Assembly: GCA_902587545.1 (NCBI GenBank)
Contig: CACILL010000003.1
Coordinates: forward strand, 19,006 to 83,005
From: an uncultured SAR86 cluster bacterium
GTDB taxonomy: Bacteria > Pseudomonadota > Gammaproteobacteria > Magnimaribacterales > AG-339-G14
Length of the DNA stretch: 64,000 nt
Direction: 5' to 3'
Numbering within the stretch: the first letter of the stretch is position 1; every line of letters begins with the position of its first letter. Below the pieces are notes generated by a model. That model made no database searches and had not been told where the DNA came from. It saw only the letters and a program-made list of their open reading frames with translations. A program made the position numbers and the translations under genes. This document shows positions 29,734 through 39,543 of this stretch, one piece after another.

Positions 29734-30174
29734 ATGAAGTCTATTTTTAATAATTTTTTGATAATTTTTCTTCTGCTCTCTTGCTCAAAACCGGATCTCA
29801 ATGTTTTTGAAGGAAAAGGAGTTTTTCTTGATGATTTAAAAGGTAAATGGATAGTTTTTAACTATTGGGCAGATTGGTGTCCTCCTTGTATAAAAGAAAT
29901 TCCTGAATTAAATAATCTTCAGTCTAATTTCTCTGATGATTTAAAAGTTTTTTTAATTAACTTTGATATGTTGGAAGGAGAGGAATTAAAACAACAGTTA
30001 GAAAAATTTAATGTACAAGTAGACTCTTTATTAACAGACCCTTCTATTATTTTTGATTGGGTCATACCAGAGAACCTTCCTGTTACATTTATTGTTAATA
30101 GAAAAGGAGAATTGGAACTTACGTTAGTTGGACCGCAAACAGAAGAAGAAATTATTAAATTGTTATCTCTTTAA
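29734..30174 (+). CDS. TlpA-family thiol-disulfide oxidoreductase lipoprotein
   Basis: Lipobox LLSC, NYWADWCPPCIKEIP, LPVTF. Confidence 0.92.
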   Translation: MKSIFNNFLIIFLLLSCSKPDLNVFEGKGVFLDDLKGKWIVFNYWADWCPPCIKEIPELNNLQSNFSDDLKVFLINFDMLEGEELKQQLEKFNVQVDSLLTDPSIIFDWVIPENLPVTFIVNRKGELELTLVGPQTEEEIIKLLSL

Positions 30175-30965
30175 AGAAACAGCATTGGATTTACTTTTGT
30201 TCCTAATAAAATAATTTCAAAGTGGAGATGAGGCCCAGTGACTCTTCCAGAAGAACCAACTGTTCCAATTTTAGAATTTTTAAGAACATTATCTCCTTCA
30301 GAAACAAAAGTTTCGTTTAAATGGGAATAGGTAGAGATAATACCATTACCATGGTCAATGATTATTAGGTTGCCTCTATAAAAAAATTCACCAACAAAAA
30401 TAACTTTGCCATTTTCTGGAGCGACTACTGACGTTCCAGTTTCCGCCGCTATATCTAGTCCTAAGTGGGGATTTCTAGGGGAACCATTTATAAAACGTTT
30501 CACTCCATACTCACTGGAAATTATCCCTTTAGCAGGGAAATTGAACTTAGTATCCTGATATTTTTTTATTGATTTTACAGATATCTTTCTTCCATAAATT
30601 TCTCTTTCGGTCTTAATTCTTGTTAGATTTTCATTAGAGATTTGGTTGAACTTATTATCTTTAATTGTAATTCTAGATTCTCTGAATTCTTTTTCAGAAA
30701 GAATTATGGTCTCTCCCATAATTGTGAATTTCATTTTTGAAGAATAAGAAATGGGGTATACAAGTCGATGACCAGCAATGTCGTTACAAATATATTTTTT
30801 ATAAGAATTGTCTAGATTTTCTTTGCTAATAAATCTATTTAGAAGGCCTCCTTTTTCAAGTGTTTCATTTGGAAATGAACAAGGAGATACCTCAGCTAAT
30901 TTGAAGTTTGTACAACTAAATAAAAAAGTCAGACAAAAAAATATTAAAAAATTATTTAATTTCAT
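30171..30965 (-). CDS. M23 family metallopeptidase (lipoprotein)
   Basis: HLGLDIAA (HxxxD), IIDHGNG, TGPHLHF. Confidence 0.92.
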   Translation of the reverse strand: MKLNNFLIFFCLTFLFSCTNFKLAEVSPCSFPNETLEKGGLLNRFISKENLDNSYKKYICNDIAGHRLVYPISYSSKMKFTIMGETIILSEKEFRESRITIKDNKFNQISNENLTRIKTEREIYGRKISVKSIKKYQDTKFNFPAKGIISSEYGVKRFINGSPRNPHLGLDIAAETGTSVVAPENGKVIFVGEFFYRGNLIIIDHGNGIISTYSHLNETFVSEGDNVLKNSKIGTVGSSGRVTGPHLHFEIILLGTKVNPMLFL

Positions 30966-32310
30966 CTATTTTAGTTATTTCTGAAAGAATGAGATTTCGT
31001 TCAGTTCTAGTGAGAATTTCATCTCCCTCAGTTAACTTCGTGTTATCCAAGAGCTCACCATCTTTGGTGGAAACGGTATAGCCCCTCGATAAAACTGACA
31101 GAGGACTAAAAGCTTGTAATTTTGATGAAGAAGTATCAAAAGAATTTTTTTTGCTGAAAAGAACTTTATTAAATACATTTTTAAAAATTAATTTTTTACT
31201 CTTTAAATCTGCTTTTTGATTTGAAAGCTTTATGAGTGGATTTCTATCTCTTAAAGAAGTTCTTTTTTTAATGAGGTTTAACCTTTTAGATGAAAACCTA
31301 TCCTTTTGTAAAAAAACAATTTTATTGAAGCTTTCATCAATTTTAAAAATCTTTTGATCTAGATTAAAATTAATTTTTTTTAGAACATTGAATGCATCAC
31401 TAAAATTTTCATTTTTAGTTTCGAGATAATTTTTTATTGATATTGAGATTGATTTTTCTAGAATCTCAATTTTATCAATAATTTGTGAGTGAGCTTGGCT
31501 TGCTATTTCAGCTGCTGCTGAAGGAGTTGGAGCCCTTAAGTCAGAAACTAAATCGCAAATTGTAAAATCCGTTTCGTGACCAACCGCGCTTATTACAGGA
31601 ATTTCAAGAGCATAAATCTCTCTTGCAATATTTTCGCTATTGAAGCACCAAAGATCTTCTAGGGAGCCACCGCCTCTAGCAACTATTATTAGATCTAATT
31701 TTTCTGTTTTATTAAATTCTCGAAGCATGTTTAATGCATTTATTATTTCGTTCTCTGCTTTGTCTCCCTGCACCAAAGAAGGGGCTAAAATAAGTTTTGA
31801 TAAGGGCGCTCTTCTTTCCAATATATTTCTAATATCTTGAATTACGGCGCCTGATGGCGAAGTTACTACACCGATATTCATCGGTAATTCAGGAATTTCT
31901 TTTTTAAAAGATTCATCGAAGAGACCTTCTTTTAAAAGTTTATTTTTTAAATTTTCAAAAGCCTTTAACAAATCTCCTTCACCTGAATACTCTAAGCTTT
32001 CTGCTATAAATTGATATCTACCTTGCGCCTCAAATAAGGATAATTTTCCTTTTAGGACTATCTCGTCACCGATTTCAGGAATATTTTTAAGATATGAGTT
32101 TTTAAATTTAAACATCACACAACTAATGGATGAATTCTCATCCTTTAAGGTGAAGTACCAATGTCCAGATTGACGATAATTGGTAAATTCAGAAATTTCT
32201 CCTTTTACCCAAACATCATTGAATTTTTTTTCAAGAGTAAACTTAGCGTTTTTATTGAGTTGAGAGACAGAAAAAATTTCAGGAGAATTTTTTTGTTCTT
32301 TACTTAACAT
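30952..32310 (-). CDS. xseA: Exodeoxyribonuclease VII large subunit
   Basis: VWVKGEIS, GHWYFTLKD, ARGGGSLEDLW, AVGHETD, APTPSAAAE. Confidence 0.96.
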   Translation of the reverse strand: MLSKEQKNSPEIFSVSQLNKNAKFTLEKKFNDVWVKGEISEFTNYRQSGHWYFTLKDENSSISCVMFKFKNSYLKNIPEIGDEIVLKGKLSLFEAQGRYQFIAESLEYSGEGDLLKAFENLKNKLLKEGLFDESFKKEIPELPMNIGVVTSPSGAVIQDIRNILERRAPLSKLILAPSLVQGDKAENEIINALNMLREFNKTEKLDLIIVARGGGSLEDLWCFNSENIAREIYALEIPVISAVGHETDFTICDLVSDLRAPTPSAAAEIASQAHSQIIDKIEILEKSISISIKNYLETKNENFSDAFNVLKKINFNLDQKIFKIDESFNKIVFLQKDRFSSKRLNLIKKRTSLRDRNPLIKLSNQKADLKSKKLIFKNVFNKVLFSKKNSFDTSSSKLQAFSPLSVLSRGYTVSTKDGELLDNTKLTEGDEILTRTERNLILSEITKIDEIK

Positions 32311-32340
32311 TGTTACAGTATATCTATACTTCCCATAAAA

Positions 32341-33219
32341 ATGACAAATCTAAATTCAAGAACAATAGGAATATTATCAACATCTATTGGAGCCATACTT
32401 ATTGGCGTTGCTCCAATTTTAGTGAGAACAAGTGAAATCACTCCTTCTTTGACAGGATTTTATAGATTTCTCTGCGCGACGTTCATTCTGTTTGTTTATG
32501 GGATTGTAAAAAATAAATTTATCAATCTCAAGTACAAAGATATTCTGATTCTTGCAATACCAGGACTATTTTTTGGAAGTGACATTACTTTATGGCATTG
32601 GTCAATAGATCAAACATCAGTTGCTAATGCCGCTCTTTTTGTTAATACAGCTCCCATTTATGTGGCCATAATTTCTTATTTTTTATTTAAAGATAAATTA
32701 GATTTATTTTTTTATTTTGCTGGTTTTTGTTGTCTTGGAGGAGTGTTTTTAATTTTATTTGAACAAAATGAATATCAAACCTTTTCCGGAGATTTATTAT
32801 CTTTAGTCGCTGCGGTCTTTTATTCAGGATATTTAATTTCAGTTAAAAAGTTTTCGGAAACTTATGAAACTTTTCATTTAATGTTTTTTTCTGCATTATT
32901 TGGATGCATTCCGCTTTATTTGGGAAGTCTTTTAGAGATTGGTCATGCCTTTCCTGAAACAGCCTTGGGGTGGTCAAATATTTTGTTCCAAGGCTTATTT
33001 ATTCAAATTGCAGGACAAGGCTTAATTATTTATGGACTTTCTTTAATAAGAGTACAATTTTCGTCATTAATACTCTTAATCCAGCCGCTCACAGCAGCTT
33101 TTCTGGCCTTTTTACTATTTCAAGAAATGTTCTTAATCCAGCAGATTTTCGGTGCTATTATTCTTTTAATCGGGATTTATTTAGCAGGAATTTCCGATCA
33201 AAAAACTATAAAGAATTAA
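32341..33219 (+). CDS. DMT/EamA family transporter
   Basis: About 10 TM in two EamA repeats (TSVANAALFVNTAPIYV; LLIQPLTAAFLA). Confidence 0.9.
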   Translation: MTNLNSRTIGILSTSIGAILIGVAPILVRTSEITPSLTGFYRFLCATFILFVYGIVKNKFINLKYKDILILAIPGLFFGSDITLWHWSIDQTSVANAALFVNTAPIYVAIISYFLFKDKLDLFFYFAGFCCLGGVFLILFEQNEYQTFSGDLLSLVAAVFYSGYLISVKKFSETYETFHLMFFSALFGCIPLYLGSLLEIGHAFPETALGWSNILFQGLFIQIAGQGLIIYGLSLIRVQFSSLILLIQPLTAAFLAFLLFQEMFLIQQIFGAIILLIGIYLAGISDQKTIKN

Positions 33220-34983
33220 ATGTCAGAAGTGATAAAGATAGCAAATTGCAGTGGATTTTATGGAGACAATCTATCCATAGCAAAAAAAATGGTTGAAGGT
33301 GGACCAATAGATGTTTTAACAGGAGATTATCTTGCTGAATTGACGATGACTATTTTGTATAACCAGAAAATGAAAAGGGGAGAAAATCTAGGATATGTAG
33401 GAACCTTTCTGAAACAGTTTAGAGATGTAGCAAAACTCTGCAATGATCAAAAAATTAAAATTGTTTCTAACGCAGGAGGTTTGAATCCTGCTTCAATGGC
33501 AGCTGAAGTTGAAAATATAATCAAAGAATTGAATCTTGATTTGAAGGTCGCTTACATTGATGGAGACGATTTGATGCCTAGACTAGATGAATTAAGTTCG
33601 TCTGGTGAAAAACTAAAAAATATTGATAAGAATAACGATCTTTTTTCTTATGAGAAAAAACCACTTACTGCAAACGCTTACTTAGGAGCTTGGGGTATTA
33701 AAGAGGCTTTAGATAACGGCGCTGATGTGGTCATTTGCCCGAGAGTCACGGATGCTGCTGTAGTTATAGGTCCTGCAGCATGGAAATTTAATTGGTCAAG
33801 AAATGATTATGATCAGCTTGCCGGAGCCCTTGCAGCTGGCCATATAATCGAATGCGGTGCTCAAGCCACTGGCGGTAATTATTCTTTTTTTAAAGAAGTT
33901 CCTACTTTTAAAGATATTGGTTATCCAATAGCTGAAATAAACCATGATGGTAGCTTTATAATTACCAAACACCCAAATACCGGAGGATTGGTTTCGGTTG
34001 GTACCGTCACAGCACAGCTTCTCTATGAGATAGGTTCTCCTGCTTATGTAAATCCAGATGTTATTTCTCATTTTGATACTCTAAAAATTGAACAAGAGGC
34101 CGAAGATAGAGTATTTGTTTCTGGTTGTAGAGGAAGTAGTCCACCTAAAGATCATAAAGTTTGTATTAATCTTGCGGGAGGTTTCAGAAATGGGACTGAG
34201 TTACTTCTTACAGGTTTAGATATTGAAGAAAAAGCTAAATTAATTACTGAAACTATTTTTGATTCGGTTGGCGGTAAAGAGCAGTTTGATAAGGTAGATA
34301 TACAGTTACACAGAACTGATAAAGAAAATCCAGAAAGCAATGAACAGGCACAAGCCTTTCTAAGAATTGATGTGATGTCTCAAAATCCAGATTTAGTTGG
34401 GCGATTATTCAGCGCTAAAATAATTGAATTAGCCTTAGCAAACTTTCCTGGCTGGACAGGAAGAAGTGGAGTTGTCCCTAGCGGACCTTATATTGAGTAT
34501 TGGCCAGCATTGGTTGATAGTAAATTTATAAAGGAAAAAGTGCATTTTGATGGCAAGACCATGGAAGTTATTCCAACTAGCCAACTGGACTTTGAAGAAG
34601 TTTATTACCAAAAGGAACCAGCTGAAGTAAAACAAATAACTGAAAATCCTGATACGGAAATATTTTTTGGAGATATCTTTGGCACCAGATCTGGAGATAA
34701 AGGGGGTTGCGCTAATCTTGGTGTATGGAGTAAAAATCCGGAAGCTTATGGATTTTTATTTGATTATTTAACAGTTGATAAATTGAAAGAATTGCTCCCA
34801 GATTTAAAATCTTTTGAAATTGATAGATTTGAATTGCCTAATATTTTATCTTTGAATTTTTATATTCACGGAATTTTGCAAGATGGAGTTTCTTCATCAA
34901 CAAGAATGGACGGGCAGGCAAAATCTCTAGGGGAATATTTAAGAGCTAAAAAAATTAATGTGCCTAAAATTATTTTAAAATAA
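33220..34983 (+). CDS. atuA: Acyclic terpene utilization AtuA family protein
   Basis: IANCSGFYGD, DYLAELTM, NAGGLNP, GHIIECGAQATGGNY, RSGDKGG. Confidence 0.9.
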   Translation: MSEVIKIANCSGFYGDNLSIAKKMVEGGPIDVLTGDYLAELTMTILYNQKMKRGENLGYVGTFLKQFRDVAKLCNDQKIKIVSNAGGLNPASMAAEVENIIKELNLDLKVAYIDGDDLMPRLDELSSSGEKLKNIDKNNDLFSYEKKPLTANAYLGAWGIKEALDNGADVVICPRVTDAAVVIGPAAWKFNWSRNDYDQLAGALAAGHIIECGAQATGGNYSFFKEVPTFKDIGYPIAEINHDGSFIITKHPNTGGLVSVGTVTAQLLYEIGSPAYVNPDVISHFDTLKIEQEAEDRVFVSGCRGSSPPKDHKVCINLAGGFRNGTELLLTGLDIEEKAKLITETIFDSVGGKEQFDKVDIQLHRTDKENPESNEQAQAFLRIDVMSQNPDLVGRLFSAKIIELALANFPGWTGRSGVVPSGPYIEYWPALVDSKFIKEKVHFDGKTMEVIPTSQLDFEEVYYQKEPAEVKQITENPDTEIFFGDIFGTRSGDKGGCANLGVWSKNPEAYGFLFDYLTVDKLKELLPDLKSFEIDRFELPNILSLNFYIHGILQDGVSSSTRMDGQAKSLGEYLRAKKINVPKIILK

Positions 34984-34989
34984 GACGAA

Positions 34990-35781
34990 ATGACAAGTAA
35001 AAAACTTTCAATAGAAAATCTAACCTTTCAAGCAACTAAAATAGATGTTTCTAACCACATTTTAACTATTACTTTGAACAGGCCTGAAAAGAAAAATGCA
35101 CTTAACAATGTAATGATGAATGAAATAAATTATGCACTTGCGTATGCCAAACAAGAAAGAGCTATAAGAGTTGTAATTATTGCAGCGGAAGGAGATGTTT
35201 TTTGTGCAGGAGCAGACTTAAATAGAAAACAGGAAGAATCAAACGTTCCTAGGCTGGAGGGATCAGACGATATAAGTCTCTCAATTAGGCATTTGTATAA
35301 ACCTGTTATTTGTAAGATTCAAGGATCGGTTCATGCTGGTGCTCTTCTAATGGTTACAAATTGCACTCACGCAATCGCTGTTGAATCTGCAAAATTTTCG
35401 GCTCCTGAAATTCTTCGTGGGGTTTGGCCTCATATGGTTATGGCTGGATTATTTAGAGTTATGCCTAAGAGAGTTGGATTAGATTTCTGTATGCGTGGTC
35501 AGGCAATAGATGCGAATAAAGCTCAAGAGTGGGGATTGATTAATGAATCTGTACCTCTAGAAGCTTTAGATGAAACTGTTGCTAAATTAGCAAAGGATTT
35601 AGCCAGTCTTGCTCCTGGCACAATGCAATTTGGTCTTGAAGCATATGTAAATCAAGACAATATGAATTTTGATGAAGCATTGCCTTACTTAGGAAAGAAA
35701 AGTGCTGAAACTTTTGCTGGTCCTGATGCAAAAGAGGGAATTGCTGCTTTTCTAGAGAAAAGAGAGCCCAAATGGGATTAA
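34990..35781 (+). CDS. Enoyl-CoA hydratase/isomerase (AtuE/LiuC-like)
   Basis: LNRPEKKNAL, FCAGADL, DAKEGIAAFLEKREPKW. Confidence 0.9.
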   Translation: MTSKKLSIENLTFQATKIDVSNHILTITLNRPEKKNALNNVMMNEINYALAYAKQERAIRVVIIAAEGDVFCAGADLNRKQEESNVPRLEGSDDISLSIRHLYKPVICKIQGSVHAGALLMVTNCTHAIAVESAKFSAPEILRGVWPHMVMAGLFRVMPKRVGLDFCMRGQAIDANKAQEWGLINESVPLEALDETVAKLAKDLASLAPGTMQFGLEAYVNQDNMNFDEALPYLGKKSAETFAGPDAKEGIAAFLEKREPKWD

Positions 35782-37697
35782 TCCAAGACAACTAAGGTTT
35801 GACCGTTTTCTACTTGTTCACCTTTAGAAACTAAAATATTTTTAATCTTTCCAGATGACGGAGCACTTACCTTATGTTCCATTTTCATCGCCTCTAAGAT
35901 AATCAAAGTATCTCCTTTTTTAACGGAAGAACCTTTTTTAATTTGGACTTCTACTACCTTTCCTGGCATTGGTGCATTTAGACCGCCTTCAATTGTTCCT
36001 GAATCTTTAACTTCAAATTTGGGTAAAACATTAAAAAGCAAATCACCCTTGTAGGTATGAATCAATAAAAGATTATCTTCAAAAGATACCTTTGATCTGA
36101 GTCTAGATCCCGATATTTCTACATCTATAAAATTATCTTGCCAATCATAGACGGTTGCCAATTCTGAATCAGAAAATTTAAACTTACCATCTCTTGATTT
36201 TTTATAGTTAATAACAAAATTTGTATCCTTTAAAGAAAGTTTAACTTCCTGAAAAGGTAATCTTGCATTGTTCCACCCTGAATCCATATTCGTTAAAACA
36301 GAAGCGTTTTCTCTATTCAATCCTTGAATCCATAAACTTGCTGCTTTTGCATAATTTTTTATTTCTTCTTCGGAAAGGTCTACTTCTCCACTTAGTTTTT
36401 CTTTCTCGATGAAATCAGTAGTGGTAGCACCTTTTAAAAATTTCTCAGATCTTAAAATAGCTATTAAGAATTCTCGGTTTGTTTGCATTCCACCAAAGTG
36501 ACTATTTTCTAAAGCAAGAGCTAATTTTTTTGCAGCTTCTGTTCTAGTTTCTCCATAAGAAATAACTTTAGCTAACATTGGATCAAAATCAGGAGTAATG
36601 ATTGACCCTGATTCAATTCCTACATCCCATCTAACGAGAGGATCATCTGTCGGTAAAAAAGAAATCATCTTTCCAGTTACTGGTAAGAAATCATTATTTG
36701 GATCTTCGGCATACAGTCTCACCTCTATAGAACTTCCAAACCAATCTATATCGGATTGGTCATAACCTAAAGACTCACCTTCGGCTATTCTGAGCTGTTC
36801 TTTTACAAGATCAATTCCGGTAACTTCTTCAGTAACAGGATGTTCAACTTGAAGCCTAGTATTAACCTCGAGAAACCAAAATTCTTTTGTCTTCTCATCA
36901 ACGAGAAATTCAACAGTGCCAGCTGATTCATACTTCAATTTGGAAGCTAACTTTATGGCAGCATCTCCCATTTTTTCTCTCATGGAATCATCAACCATGG
37001 GCGAGGGCGACTCTTCAACTACCTTTTGATGTCTCCTTTGAATTGAACATTCTCTTTCTCCCAAATGAACCAAATTACCAAAGGAATCACCAAGGATTTG
37101 TACTTCTATGTGTCTAGACTTTTCAATGTATCTTTCTAAAAAAACTCTCTTATCGCCAAAGCCACCCTCAGCTTCTCTCTCTGCAGAAGCAATAGATTCT
37201 TTCAAATCCTTTGAACTTTTGACAATACGCATACCCTTACCACCACCTCCTGCGGCAGCTTTAACAAGGATAGGATAACCAATTTTGTTTGCATCTTTAG
37301 CTGAAGAACCTGAAGGTAGGGTGGGTACACCGGCTTTTTCTGCTAAAGTTTTTGCAGTAATTTTATCTCCCATTTTTTTTATGGCATTTGCAGAAGGACC
37401 TACCCACTTGATTCCTGCTTTTTTTACATTATTCGCAAAATTAGCATTTTCAGATAAAAATCCATAACCAGGGTGAATTGCATCTACATTATTTTTTTTA
37501 GCGATTTCTAAAATTTCTTTAGCATTTAAATATGAATCTGAAAGTTTAAAAGACTGATCTGCCTCTCTAACATAAGGAGTATTTTTATCAGCCTCTGTAT
37601 AGATAGCTACACAGGTTATTCCCATATCGTGAGCACTTTTTATGATTCTACTTGCGATTTCTCCCCTGTTTGAAATCAACAATTTTTTAATTGTCAT
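35778..37697 (-). CDS. Acyl-CoA carboxylase alpha subunit (biotin carboxylase plus biotin carrier; AtuF/LiuD-like)
   Basis: NRGEIA, HPGYGFLSEN, GGGGKGMR, EVNTRLQVEHPVTE, EAMKME. Confidence 0.93.
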   Translation of the reverse strand: MTIKKLLISNRGEIASRIIKSAHDMGITCVAIYTEADKNTPYVREADQSFKLSDSYLNAKEILEIAKKNNVDAIHPGYGFLSENANFANNVKKAGIKWVGPSANAIKKMGDKITAKTLAEKAGVPTLPSGSSAKDANKIGYPILVKAAAGGGGKGMRIVKSSKDLKESIASAEREAEGGFGDKRVFLERYIEKSRHIEVQILGDSFGNLVHLGERECSIQRRHQKVVEESPSPMVDDSMREKMGDAAIKLASKLKYESAGTVEFLVDEKTKEFWFLEVNTRLQVEHPVTEEVTGIDLVKEQLRIAEGESLGYDQSDIDWFGSSIEVRLYAEDPNNDFLPVTGKMISFLPTDDPLVRWDVGIESGSIITPDFDPMLAKVISYGETRTEAAKKLALALENSHFGGMQTNREFLIAILRSEKFLKGATTTDFIEKEKLSGEVDLSEEEIKNYAKAASLWIQGLNRENASVLTNMDSGWNNARLPFQEVKLSLKDTNFVINYKKSRDGKFKFSDSELATVYDWQDNFIDVEISGSRLRSKVSFEDNLLLIHTYKGDLLFNVLPKFEVKDSGTIEGGLNAPMPGKVVEVQIKKGSSVKKGDTLIILEAMKMEHKVSAPSSGKIKNILVSKGEQVENGQTLVVLD

Positions 37698-39325
37698 AAC
37701 CTAAATACCCCAAATCCTTCAGACCCTTTAACTTCTTTATTATTAACAATCGATAAACACATTCCCAATACATTTCTCGTATCTCGGGGATCTATAATTC
37801 CATCATCACTAATAACGCTTGTAGCTCTCAAAGCTTTGGAACCCTTGTCATGAGAGATTTGTTGATTTTTAACAATTTCTGCGTCAGCTTTTTCATCAAA
37901 TCTAAGACCTTTTCTTGCAGCTTGACCTCTTCTCACGATAGACATCACTCCTGCGATCACTTCTCCACCCATTACTGCAATTTTTGCAGTTGGCCAAAGA
38001 AACGTGAAAGAATTCCCAAATTCTCTTCCGGACATTGCATAAGTTCCAGCCCCATATGAATTACCTACTATCACTGTAAGATGCGGAACGTTTGAGTTTG
38101 AAACAGCATTTAACATTTGAGCTCCTTTTTTAATGGAACCATCTTGTTCATAATCTTTTCCGACCATAAATCCAGTGATATTTTGAAGAAAAACTAAAGG
38201 TAAATTTCTTTTGTTGCATAGTTGTATGAAGTGGGCTGCTTTTTGAGAAGCATCGGGAAAAAGCATACCGTTATTTCCAAGCACACCAACTGGGTATCCG
38301 TGAATGGAAATAAAACCACAAATTATTGTCGGTCCAAAAAGTGGTTTGAATTCTTCGAACTTTGATCCATCGGAGATACGACCGATTATCTCTCTGATAT
38401 CAAAAGGAGTCTTTAAACTTGGCTCGATAATTCCCAACAAGTCTTCTTGACTATATTTAGGAGGAGCTATTTCAAATCGAGGATTATTCCCTTCTTTATC
38501 CCAATTTAAATGAGACATTACTTCTCGAGCAATTCTTATTCCATCTAAATCATCCTCAGCTAAATATTCAGCTAAACCAGACTTTTCGGCATGCATTTTT
38601 GCACCCCCAATGTCTTCTCTGGAAGAAATTTCACCAGTTGCCATTTGAACTAAAGGTGGTCCTGCAAGGGCAACATCTGCTTGGTTTTTAACAAAAATAT
38701 TATAGTCCGACATCCCAGGTTGATAAGCTCCTCCAGCGGTAGCAGTTCCAAAAGCAACAGTTACAGTTGGAATATTTAGTTTTGAAAGCTCAGTTATTTC
38801 ATAAAATTGTCTACCTGATTCAGCAAAATGACCCATTCCGCCAACAGCAGCTCCGGCTCTTGGACGTAAATCACCTCCAGCAGATTCAACAAATTGAATG
38901 AAAGGAATTCGACAATCTCGTGCAATTTGCATACATCTCATCCATTTTTTTACAGAGTAAAAATGCATTGCTCCTGCAAGAACAGTAGGATCATTTGCAA
39001 AGATTACACACTCGATTCCTGAAGATACTCCAATACCAGCAAAAGCACCGCCACCTATAGGGTATTCAGATTTGTAGGCCGCTAAACCGCTAATTTCTAA
39101 AAAAGGACTATCTGGATCCAAGAAGTGGAAAACTCTTTCTCGAACTGGAAGTTTTCCCCTTGCTGCTAATCTTTTATGATGATCTGGACCACCGCCTGCT
39201 TCAGCTTCATCTAATAGTTCATTCAATTCAGAAATCATCTCTAGCATGGATGACTTGTTGTTCTCAAATTCTTCAGAATTTAAATTTAGTTTTGATTGGA
39301 AGGGTTGAGATTCTAGTTGCTTCAT
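37694..39325 (-). CDS. Acyl-CoA carboxylase beta (carboxyltransferase) subunit, AtuC/LiuB-like
   Basis: RGKLPVRER, TAGGAYQPGMSD, LAGPPLV, NITGFMVG, DDGIIDPRDTR. Confidence 0.93.
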   Translation of the reverse strand: MKQLESQPFQSKLNLNSEEFENNKSSMLEMISELNELLDEAEAGGGPDHHKRLAARGKLPVRERVFHFLDPDSPFLEISGLAAYKSEYPIGGGAFAGIGVSSGIECVIFANDPTVLAGAMHFYSVKKWMRCMQIARDCRIPFIQFVESAGGDLRPRAGAAVGGMGHFAESGRQFYEITELSKLNIPTVTVAFGTATAGGAYQPGMSDYNIFVKNQADVALAGPPLVQMATGEISSREDIGGAKMHAEKSGLAEYLAEDDLDGIRIAREVMSHLNWDKEGNNPRFEIAPPKYSQEDLLGIIEPSLKTPFDIREIIGRISDGSKFEEFKPLFGPTIICGFISIHGYPVGVLGNNGMLFPDASQKAAHFIQLCNKRNLPLVFLQNITGFMVGKDYEQDGSIKKGAQMLNAVSNSNVPHLTVIVGNSYGAGTYAMSGREFGNSFTFLWPTAKIAVMGGEVIAGVMSIVRRGQAARKGLRFDEKADAEIVKNQQISHDKGSKALRATSVISDDGIIDPRDTRNVLGMCLSIVNNKEVKGSEGFGVFRL

Positions 39326-39413
39326 TACTTCTTTATAAAGAAAAAAATATGCACTAATTTTTTCACAATGTCCATTTGATTATATTTAATTTGGGTATAA
39401 TGCTTTCTCTTTT

Positions 39414-39489
39414 GGGCGACTAACTCAATTGGTAGAGTGCCACCCTTACAAGGTGGAAGTTACAGGTTCAAGTCCTGTGTCGCCCACCA
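39414..39489 (+). tRNA. tRNA-Val(TAC)
   Basis: GGGCGAC/GTCGCCC acceptor, CCACC-CTTACAA-GGTGG anticodon arm, TTCAAGT, CCA; TATAAT at 39396. Confidence 0.97.
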
Positions 39490-39543
39490 TCAAAAACATC
39501 ATTTTTTAATTGGCATATTTATTTTGAGTGTTAAATTAACCTT

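Noticed and set aside
32301-32320. LexA-like site over the xseA start (TACTT-N10-CAGTA)
   Set aside because: One invariant CTG half-site is broken, and near-matches are likely by chance in AT-rich DNA.
39490-39543. Pho box upstream of phoD
   Set aside because: No correctly spaced 11-bp CTGTCAT repeats are visible.
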